NCBI GenBank assembly: GCA_964608095.1
Contig: CAZSMK010000003.1
Location: 1,076 to 65,075, forward strand
DNA: 64,000 nt
Source of the DNA: an uncultured Candidatus Sumerlaeota bacterium
Lineage (GTDB): Bacteria > Sumerlaeota > Sumerlaeia > MWCT01 > JAGHBZ01
Direction: 5' to 3'
In this document: in pieces, positions 9,587-17,397 of the stretch
Numbering within the stretch: position 1 is the first letter of the stretch
Layout of the letters: the number at the start of each line of letters is the position of its first letter
Made by a program: the position numbers and the translations under genes
Notes under the pieces: generated by a model
The model's database searches: none
What the model was told of the DNA's origin: nothing
What the model saw: only the letters and a program-made list of their open reading frames with translations

Positions 9587-10577
9587 CTTGATTATTGATA
9601 TTGGAATTATCCCCGTTTTTTTTTGCTCGCTTCATAAGGGAGTGTGCGAGCGAAAACCGATAAAAGTATCCGACAGTATCGGGTAGTTCGTCGATAATTT
9701 TTTTAATTTTTTCAGGTTTTTCTTCATCTATAACTGAGGCGAGGGCGGAAAGTATCTTAGCGCCCTGGTCAATGACGCCGTCGGGTGCGCCATAGCATCC
9801 GCGGCAAGGCATATTAGCGCGAAGACAGCGCGCATCGCAGCCGCTCCGCGTGGCGGGACCTGCACAGAAAATGCCCTGTTCGAGAAAACAGATTTCGGGA
9901 TCATGCTCCACTTCATGGATTCGGTGTAATTTTGTTATCTTTTTCTCCCCCTTTTTTCGCGGACATTCATCGCAGACCGTTTTATCGCCGCAACCGATAT
10001 AGGAGCCTTTTGGAGGAAGGGGTTTTCTCTGGATAATGGATTCGAGAACCGCCCAGGTCTGTTCGGGAACAGGTGGGCAGCCGGGGATAAAATAATCGAC
10101 CTCGACGACGTCCGCGAGAGTATAGACGGTGTTATAAAATTGAGGCAAAACAAGCTCGCCTTCCTCGACTTGCGTGTTTGTAAGGGGTATAACCTTGGCG
10201 GGGTTATGGGTCGTTACGGTCTCTTCGTACACGCATTTGAATATACCTTCACGGTCGCTCAGATTCGCTAGGGCGGGGATACATCCTTCTGTCGCGCAAG
10301 AACCATAGGCGATGAGGATTTTCGATTTTTCGCGCAATAGTTTCGCCATGTGTTCCGATTCGGAATTTCTTACCGCGCCGTTAAAGAGACAAAAATCCAG
10401 ATGCTTGTCAGGCATTGCCTCGACATCCTTGTATTTGGCGTCCATAGCAACAGGCCAGAAAAGGATATCCGCATGTTCGGCGAGCGTGAGAATTTTCTCG
10501 TAGATCTCGAGTACCGCTATTTCACAGCCACCGCAGCTCGCTGCCCAGTAGAAGCCGAGTTTCAGCTTGTCCGCCAT
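9576..10577 (-). CDS. mvhG: [NiFe]-hydrogenase small subunit (MvhG-like)
   Basis: SCGGCE, GSCA, PGCPP, VCDECP, CFLEQG...CAGPAT...C...PCRGCYG. Confidence 0.92.
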   Translation of the reverse strand: MADKLKLGFYWAASCGGCEIAVLEIYEKILTLAEHADILFWPVAMDAKYKDVEAMPDKHLDFCLFNGAVRNSESEHMAKLLREKSKILIAYGSCATEGCIPALANLSDREGIFKCVYEETVTTHNPAKVIPLTNTQVEEGELVLPQFYNTVYTLADVVEVDYFIPGCPPVPEQTWAVLESIIQRKPLPPKGSYIGCGDKTVCDECPRKKGEKKITKLHRIHEVEHDPEICFLEQGIFCAGPATRSGCDARCLRANMPCRGCYGAPDGVIDQGAKILSALASVIDEEKPEKIKKIIDELPDTVGYFYRFSLAHSLMKRAKKNGDNSNINNQDEG

Positions 10578-10662
10578 GCTGTCTTCCTCCTTGAAGAGGT
10601 AATAAGTCCTTTATTGTAATAATGATGAAACAAGATTAAAGTTAACGAAAATCAAAGAGCTG

Positions 10663-11088
10663 TTATTTTGATGCCTGCGATTTCATCGGGTGGACAAAGG
10701 GACCGAGTGTTCGTATCTGTTCCGTGAATTCTTTTACCACCTCGGTGTAGCGTTCACCCTCTGATGCGGAGACCCATTCAAGTTTGACGCGCTCGGGTTC
10801 TATTCCGAGTTCTTTGAGCATCTTTTGAAGGAGTATGAAGCGCCGCATTGCATTATAATTGCCGGATTGATAATGACAATCGCCGGGATGACAGCCGCAA
10901 ATCAAGACCCCGTCGGCGCCGGACTCGAGGGCTTTAAGGACAAATGTCGGGTCAATTCGACCGGTGCACATGACCCTGATCACCCTGACGTTGGGCGGAT
11001 ACTTCTTGCGTGCAGTGCCTGCAAGATCAGCGCCCGTATATGAACACCAGTTACATAAAAATCCCACGATTCGTGGTTCGAACGTCAT
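10663..11088 (-). CDS. mvhD: Hydrogenase/Hdr [2Fe-2S] linker subunit MvhD (FlpD family)
   Basis: FLCNWCSYTGADLAG, RVMCTGR, GCHPGDCHY, WVSASEG. Confidence 0.95.
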   Translation of the reverse strand: MTFEPRIVGFLCNWCSYTGADLAGTARKKYPPNVRVIRVMCTGRIDPTFVLKALESGADGVLICGCHPGDCHYQSGNYNAMRRFILLQKMLKELGIEPERVKLEWVSASEGERYTEVVKEFTEQIRTLGPFVHPMKSQASK

Positions 11089-11135
11089 AACGAGAGCCTC
11101 CGGAATTTATATAGAGAACAACCCATTATAAGATA

Positions 11136-12917
11136 TCATACATCTCCTAAAATACCTTTTATTTCAGCGAGAATTTGTTGATCGGTAAAATGTTTGCCCT
11201 TGATACAAGCCTGTGGGCACGCCGCCACACATGTGCCGCACCCTTTACATAGTGCGGCGTTCACACGGGAGACTTTCTTTTCCCGGTCGAACTCGATAGC
11301 GGAATAAGGACAAAGGGCATTGCAGATTCGGCATCCTGAGCAGCGTTCTTCATCGATTTCGGCAACGGCGGCGTCGAGTTCCACGAATCCGCGGCTGATA
11401 AGAGAAAGCACCTGAGCAGCGGCAGCAGCGCCCTGGGCAACGGCATCGGGGATGTCTTTGGGTCCCTGGCAACATCCCGCTATAAACACGCCATCCGTGT
11501 TGGTCGAGACAGGAGCGAGTTTCGGATGGCGTTCAAGGAAAAATCCGTCGGGACTCAAGCCGCATGACACCAAGCGGCTGACTTCTTTTGTGTCGTGACG
11601 GCTTTTAAGCGCTGCACATAACACCACCATATCCACGGGTATGCGTCGAATAGTTCCTGCAAGTGTATCTTCGCATCGTACTATAAGTTTACCCTTCTCA
11701 GCAGGCGTCATGGCGTAATCGGAAATTTCACCTACTTTACCACGGACGAAGCGCACACCCTCGTCAAGAAGCCGATGGTAAAACTCCTCGTACCCTTTGC
11801 CGAAGCAGCGAAGGTCTATATACATGTCATAGACTTCTGCATCGGTCTTATCCTTGAGCAGGTGAGCGTATTTCAGGGCATACATGCAACAGACGCGTGA
11901 ACAATATTCAAAATAATGTTTATCCCTGCTACCCACACAGTGAACAATCGCCACGGACTCAGGTTTCTTTCCATTCGCAAGCAGAATCTTTCCCCCTGTA
12001 GACCCTTCTGCGCAATTCATTCGTTCGAATTCAAGTGCGGTCAAAACGTTGGGATAACGTCCGTACCCGTATTGCTCGATAACGGAGGGGTCAAATTGAT
12101 CGTAACCCGTGGCAATGACGATATTGCCGACGTTGAATGTGACCTCTTCGTCTTTCTGGTCGAAATCAATGGCATCAGCGGGACAAATATCCCGGCAATG
12201 ACCACACCCACCGGTGCGAAGCCGAATGCAATGGCTGGCATCGATAAAGGGGACATTCGGCACTGCCTGGAGAGTGGGCACGCGCACTGCAGTTGCCGGA
12301 CCCAGCTGGATTTCGTCGTGAATAACTTCTCGTTGAGCGATGTCCTCGATCGTAATGGCGCCGGTAGGGCATACGTGAGCACATGCGCCGCATAGTATAC
12401 ACGCCTCAGACTCTTCATTGAAGGGTGTAGTGACTTCACGGGAGCCATCGGAAGTGGCGAATCCGATAGCCGATGCGCCGACTACTTCTTCGCACACTCG
12501 CACGCACAAACCGCAAAGAATGCATTTTTCATCAGGCTCATCCGGGGGAAAAGGGGAATCGATGACACCGTATTCAGCGGCAAGGCGGCGTACCTGCTCG
12601 GAGCCCGGCGCACGGGCAAGAAGCAATTCAAGTATGGTCTTTCGAATTTCATGTACTCGTTCGTTGGAGGTATGTATGATCATATCCGTCATAATGGGGT
12701 AGTTACATGCGGTAACAATACGCCGACGTTTGCCCCGCACCACCTCGACAGAACAAACGCGGCAGGAGGCGTAGGGTTCTATGAGGTTACTGTGGCAGAG
12801 CGTGGGAATCCTGATGCCGAGTTTATCGGCTGCTTCAACCACCGTGGTTCCGCGCTCAACTTGAAGCTCATAACCATCAATAACGACGTTGACCTTGTTC
12901 ACGTCATTGGCGCCCAT
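11136..12917 (-). CDS. Fusion: NuoG-like N-terminal [2Fe-2S]+2x[4Fe-4S] module joined to the C-terminal half of HdrA
   Basis: IPTLC...CRVC...TAC; CILCGLCVRVC; CILCGACAHVCP; then HdrA motifs QAVP, IVIATG, LEFERM, HCVGSRD, YCSRVCCMYALK, GCCQGPKDIP and a C-terminal 2x[4Fe-4S] domain. Confidence 0.88.
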   Translation of the reverse strand: MGANDVNKVNVVIDGYELQVERGTTVVEAADKLGIRIPTLCHSNLIEPYASCRVCSVEVVRGKRRRIVTACNYPIMTDMIIHTSNERVHEIRKTILELLLARAPGSEQVRRLAAEYGVIDSPFPPDEPDEKCILCGLCVRVCEEVVGASAIGFATSDGSREVTTPFNEESEACILCGACAHVCPTGAITIEDIAQREVIHDEIQLGPATAVRVPTLQAVPNVPFIDASHCIRLRTGGCGHCRDICPADAIDFDQKDEEVTFNVGNIVIATGYDQFDPSVIEQYGYGRYPNVLTALEFERMNCAEGSTGGKILLANGKKPESVAIVHCVGSRDKHYFEYCSRVCCMYALKYAHLLKDKTDAEVYDMYIDLRCFGKGYEEFYHRLLDEGVRFVRGKVGEISDYAMTPAEKGKLIVRCEDTLAGTIRRIPVDMVVLCAALKSRHDTKEVSRLVSCGLSPDGFFLERHPKLAPVSTNTDGVFIAGCCQGPKDIPDAVAQGAAAAAQVLSLISRGFVELDAAVAEIDEERCSGCRICNALCPYSAIEFDREKKVSRVNAALCKGCGTCVAACPQACIKGKHFTDQQILAEIKGILGDV

Positions 12918-12997
12918 GACCGCGCTCCTCGCTCTCTTCTTACCTTATCTTTTTGAAACATTGTTGAACCGACTGTTGTATCAAAATACATCTTTCA

Positions 12998-14683
12998 TTA
13001 TCCTGCCCGCATCCGGCAAACGTGAGCGGGGCATTCTTTATCGTTGAGGTGCGATTCGTACTCCTCTTTAAAATAGCGAAAGGTACTCAAAAAAGGAATC
13101 GGTGCGGCGACGCCGAAACCGCAGAGCGACGCATCTCGCATCGTAGACGATAACCGCAGGAGTGTATCTATATCCTTTTGTTCGCCTTTTCCATCACAGA
13201 TACGATGAAGAATGCGTGCCATCTGAAACAAGCCCTCCCTGCATGGGGTACATTTGCCGCATGACTCGTTTTTAAGGGCATCGATGCAGTAACGGGCATA
13301 ATCGACCATGCACACATCCTCGTCAATGACAAGGAGGCTCCCAGAACCAAGCGCCACACCTTTTTCAATAAACCTGTCAAAATCAACGGGTAAATAGAGT
13401 AAATTCTCCGGTATGACGTAGCCGTAAATTCCGCCAAGCTGGACGGCTTTGAAGGCTTTTCCGTCGGTAATACCACCGCCGATGTCGTAAATAATGTCGC
13501 GAAGGGTAACGCCCATAGGAACTTCTATAATGCCGGAATTGAGAACAGCGCCGGCAAGTGAAAAGACCTTTGTCCCGCTGCTCAAATCTGCCGAATAGTC
13601 AAAACCATTCTTCGATGCTGTAGACTTGAACCATTTCGACCCGTGCAGGATTATGCCGGGCACGTTCGCCCATGTCTCGGTACAGTTAATGTTAGTTGGT
13701 TTATCGAATAGACCTTTTTCGATGACGTTTGAATATTCGCTACGCGGCTCAGGTGCTCCGCCCTCGAGAAAGGAAACGAGGGCGGAAGGGTGATTCAACA
13801 TGAGAGCGCCGTTGCTCCGGCGTAGCTCAATATCAAAATTAAACGGGTGCCCCAGAATACCGGTTCCCAGGTATCCTTTTTCACGTGCTTGTTCAATCGC
13901 TTTTTTAATCCGTCCCGGGAGGGCTTTATCATAATCGGGCAGACAGATGAATCCCTTTTGCGCGCCGATAGCAAAGGCGCCTATAATCATTCCCTCGATA
14001 ACACCGTGCGGATTCGATTCTATAAGGGCGAGCCCTATGGATGCAACCGAGCGTCCATCTTCTGTGGTGCAGACAAGGTACCGCTCACCGTTTCCCGCAT
14101 TTCGGCACGCTTCCCATTTAATGGCGGTAGGGAATCCGCCGCCGCCTCGACCGCGCAAGCCGGAGTCTTTAATTTCACGTAACACCGTTTCAGGTGTCAT
14201 CGAGGTTACCGCCCTTGCCAGCGCCTTGTACCCATCATGTGCTATATAATCATCGATAGAATCGGGATTAATATCGTAACAATTCTTCGTCACCACGAGT
14301 TTTTGTTCTTTTAAACTTTCATGGCTCTCGATTTGGAATTTGCCCTTTTCCTGAGTTTCTCCCTGTTTTGTATCCGGCTTGCGGGAAAATGTATCAAGAA
14401 TCTTATCGCTTCCTTTTACATGATACACCGAAGGTGAATATACGCCGGTACGATAGTTGTCCCCGGGTTGAAGTTTAAATGCCTTATAAACGGAAGCAAT
14501 GTGGTAGAGCTTGTTGAGGGGGAGATTCAGTGAAAGGGCAACTTTTTCAAGCGCAGCTCGCGGGAGATATGCAAACTCTTCCTGTATGTCGTACAGGATT
14601 TCTATGAGATAGCGCTCTTTCATTTCCCATTTGTTCAGGATAGAATCGAGAGTTTCCATGTTGAACCCGCTGGCAACACTCAT
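12998..14683 (-). CDS. Degenerate NuoE-NuoF (HydC/HydB-like) fusion flavoprotein
   Basis: NuoE-like N-terminus (LIEILYDIQEEFAYLP); SGLRGRGGGGFPT; ETWANVP; SLBB domain; ESCGKCTPCREG...SLCG [4Fe-4S]; several canonical motifs altered. Confidence 0.85.
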   Translation of the reverse strand: MSVASGFNMETLDSILNKWEMKERYLIEILYDIQEEFAYLPRAALEKVALSLNLPLNKLYHIASVYKAFKLQPGDNYRTGVYSPSVYHVKGSDKILDTFSRKPDTKQGETQEKGKFQIESHESLKEQKLVVTKNCYDINPDSIDDYIAHDGYKALARAVTSMTPETVLREIKDSGLRGRGGGGFPTAIKWEACRNAGNGERYLVCTTEDGRSVASIGLALIESNPHGVIEGMIIGAFAIGAQKGFICLPDYDKALPGRIKKAIEQAREKGYLGTGILGHPFNFDIELRRSNGALMLNHPSALVSFLEGGAPEPRSEYSNVIEKGLFDKPTNINCTETWANVPGIILHGSKWFKSTASKNGFDYSADLSSGTKVFSLAGAVLNSGIIEVPMGVTLRDIIYDIGGGITDGKAFKAVQLGGIYGYVIPENLLYLPVDFDRFIEKGVALGSGSLLVIDEDVCMVDYARYCIDALKNESCGKCTPCREGLFQMARILHRICDGKGEQKDIDTLLRLSSTMRDASLCGFGVAAPIPFLSTFRYFKEEYESHLNDKECPAHVCRMRAG

Positions 14684-14744
14684 GCAAAAAACCTCCTGAT
14701 ACTCTATTCACGCCGATCACAGGCTGGTAAGATTTCGTAGAATA

Positions 14745-15611
14745 TTATTCCGATTTTTTAATCACTTTTCGTCCAAGCCTGACCACTCGTCTTCGGGGTG
14801 TGATGGTAACCGGACATTCGCCCCAGCACATCCCACACCCGGTGCATTTATCTATATCAACGTATCGTGGCTTTTTACGAACCGTTATTTCAAAATTACC
14901 AATAGAGCCGGAGACTTCCGAGACCTCGGAATACGTCATAAGTGCGATATTCTTATTTTTACCGACCGCTACCATTTTGGGTGTCAGGATACAAGCGGCA
15001 CAGTCGAGGGTGGGAAAGGTTTTATCGAACTCCGCCATGTGCCCGCCGATCGAGGGGTCGCGCTCGACAAGATATACTTTTTTACCGGCATCGGCGATAT
15101 CGAGCGCCGCCTGGATTCCCGCAATGCCGCCGCCGATAACGAGCGTAGCGGGATTTATATCAACCTTCATGGTCTCGAGCGGTTCGAGATAGATTGCCTT
15201 GTAAACAGCGGCGCTCAGGATTGACTTGGTTTTCTCGGTTGCTTTATGCGCATCCTCGGTCACCCATGAACAATGTTCGCGAATGTTCGCCTGCTGGAAA
15301 AGGTAGCGGTTCAACCCGGCTTCTTCGACAGCGGCGCGAAAAGTAGGTTCATGCATGAGGGGGGAACACGCCGCCACGACTATCCGGTTGAGTCCTTGTT
15401 CCCTGATGTCCTGTTTTATGAGTTCCTGTCCCGGCTCGGAACACATGAAGTGATAGTCACGCGCCAACGCCACGTGAGGGAGTGTCCGGGCGAACTTGAC
15501 GACGTCATCTATATCGACTACTCCCGCTATGTTGGTGCCGCAATGACATACATATACCCCTATTCGGATGTCATCTGCGGTCTCCTGTTGATGGTTTACA
15601 TCGTCTGCCAT
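14745..15611 (-). CDS. hdrA: Heterodisulfide reductase subunit A, N-terminal half
   Basis: IGVYVCHCGTNI, MCS, AACSP, NIREHCSWV, GGGIAG (FAD), DKTFPTLDC; ends after a single CTGCGMCWGECP motif with a TAA stop. Confidence 0.9.
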   Translation of the reverse strand: MADDVNHQQETADDIRIGVYVCHCGTNIAGVVDIDDVVKFARTLPHVALARDYHFMCSEPGQELIKQDIREQGLNRIVVAACSPLMHEPTFRAAVEEAGLNRYLFQQANIREHCSWVTEDAHKATEKTKSILSAAVYKAIYLEPLETMKVDINPATLVIGGGIAGIQAALDIADAGKKVYLVERDPSIGGHMAEFDKTFPTLDCAACILTPKMVAVGKNKNIALMTYSEVSEVSGSIGNFEITVRKKPRYVDIDKCTGCGMCWGECPVTITPRRRVVRLGRKVIKKSE

Positions 15612-15654
15612 TCAACTTCTCCTGAGACAATAAAGGACGCATATCCGGGATTCG

Positions 15655-16572
15655 TCATCGAGCCTTGACTGATTGGCGCAAGCCATATCGTTCGAGAACG
15701 CGCCTGGCTGATACAGCGAGGTGCTGGAATCCGAGTTTTTTCAGCGGTATGCCCAACGTCAATCCAATGATCTGAGTAAAATATAAAACGGGTAAATTGT
15801 ATTTCACATGAAACCGAGCTTCAACCTTGTGCTGATAGACATCCAGATTGAACTGACAGAGTGGACACGGTGTCATAATACACTCGGCGCCGGCTTCCTT
15901 CGCACAGTCGAGAATATCCTTAATCAGGACTAAGGCGACATCCGGGGAAGAACCGATAAGAGAGGCGCCGCAACATTTCACTTTCATTGGGAACTCGATA
16001 GCCTCGCCTCCCAGAGCGTTTACCATCTTTTCCATCTCGTTCGGCAACTCCAGATGCTCGTATAGTCCGAAAGGTCGCACCATCTGGCATCCATAATAGG
16101 TTGCGATTTTCAGTCCACCGAGATCGCGCTTTTGCGCTTTATTTAGTCCTTCAGTACCCACATCGCTCATAATGGTCTCAAAAAGATGGCGCACCCTGAG
16201 TGTTCCTTTATAGTCAAGTCCCGCCGCTGCAAGTATCGTCTTTAACTTTCGTCTGAGCTCAGGGTATTCCTGAAAGTATTGATTGGTTTTGTGGAGTACA
16301 AGATAACAAGCGCTGCATGGCGTGACCACATCTCGCCCGAACTGTTCAGCCATGGCAAGATTACGGCTCGAGATAGCGAAGGAGACGAGCTCCTTGACGG
16401 ACATGTAGGTCGTTGCACCGCAGCAATTCCAATCGTCGAGCTCTATCAACGTAATGCCCAGTTTTTCAGTGATGGCTTCGATTGATTTTTTATACCCGAT
16501 TCCGGTTGCCTCGAGTGAACATCCGGGATAAAAGGTGTATTCGAGAGGCTTTTTCTCTTTGTCGTTGTTCAT
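15655..16572 (-). CDS. hdrB: Heterodisulfide reductase subunit B
   Basis: Two CCG domains: YPGC...WNCCG...PCSAC and YYGC...CCGA...PCPLC. Confidence 0.93.
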   Translation of the reverse strand: MNNDKEKKPLEYTFYPGCSLEATGIGYKKSIEAITEKLGITLIELDDWNCCGATTYMSVKELVSFAISSRNLAMAEQFGRDVVTPCSACYLVLHKTNQYFQEYPELRRKLKTILAAAGLDYKGTLRVRHLFETIMSDVGTEGLNKAQKRDLGGLKIATYYGCQMVRPFGLYEHLELPNEMEKMVNALGGEAIEFPMKVKCCGASLIGSSPDVALVLIKDILDCAKEAGAECIMTPCPLCQFNLDVYQHKVEARFHVKYNLPVLYFTQIIGLTLGIPLKKLGFQHLAVSARRVLERYGLRQSVKAR

Positions 16573-16577
16573 GCCTT

Positions 16578-17147
16578 CTACTCCATCTGTTGCGCCTTTT
16601 TGATGATGGTTTTCAGTTGTTTCATATTCTTTATCCGTTTGGGCAATCCGGAAATACGGCGTCGTCGTAATAGGTTCAAAGCTACCGTAGAATTATACAG
16701 CATTGCCAGGGGATTGGTTTTGAGCATAAACAAAGTCATGAGAATCATCTCATGGTTTCTGCCGAACATGTTTACTAATCCTGCGAAAATTTTCGACATC
16801 TCCTGCGATTTATGTCCTTTTATATTGTTACCTTCTTCTATGGCGAGCTGTTTGAGGCCATACATAATATCCGTGATTTTTATCTCCTGAGGACATCTGA
16901 CATAACAGGTGTAACAGGATGAACACAGCCAAATGGTTTTGCTTTCGAGCACGCTGGTTTTCATCCCTGCGCGAACCATGGCGAATAACTTGCGCGGAGA
17001 GAAATCCATAAACGGGCTGGTCGGACACGAGCCGGAACAAGACCCGCATTGAATACAGTCCTTTATCTTTTCGCCGCCGGGTAGAGAGAAAACCTTGTGG
17101 ATAAAATTGAGGTCAAGGGCTTCTTCGAGGAGAATAGGGGATTCCAT
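16578..17147 (-). CDS. hdrC: Heterodisulfide reductase subunit C
   Basis: CIQCGSCSGSCP and IWLCSSCYTCYVRCP. Confidence 0.92.
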   Translation of the reverse strand: MESPILLEEALDLNFIHKVFSLPGGEKIKDCIQCGSCSGSCPTSPFMDFSPRKLFAMVRAGMKTSVLESKTIWLCSSCYTCYVRCPQEIKITDIMYGLKQLAIEEGNNIKGHKSQEMSKIFAGLVNMFGRNHEMILMTLFMLKTNPLAMLYNSTVALNLLRRRRISGLPKRIKNMKQLKTIIKKAQQME

Positions 17148-17356
17148 GATAATACTCCAGAATACATCAAATTTTTTTGCGATAAATTAGACGATTATGT
17201 GCGTTTTGTAACGTAATGCCGCTGATAATTTACTTATGTCATGATGTTATACTATTTATATGGTTTCTCGATATCAAGATAAACCTGTTTTCTGTTACGT
17301 GTGAAAACCAGGCGGTTGATGTTTCATAAGGCTATGTGGCTTTCCTTTCATGCAGA

Positions 17357-17386
17357 TTGACCATGACTCACAATTGCCGATATAAT
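17357..17386 (+). promoter_or_regulatory. Putative sigma70 promoter of uvrA
   Basis: TTGACC-N18-TATAAT, 11 bp upstream of the ATG, implying a very short leader. Confidence 0.5.
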
Positions 17387-17397
17387 AGAAAGGAATC

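Noticed and set aside
14684-14760. Selenocysteine read-through or a frameshift joining the hdrA halves
   Set aside because: The N-half ends in TAA, a whole gene intervenes, and the usual Sec positions in HdrA, MvhD and MvhA are Cys.
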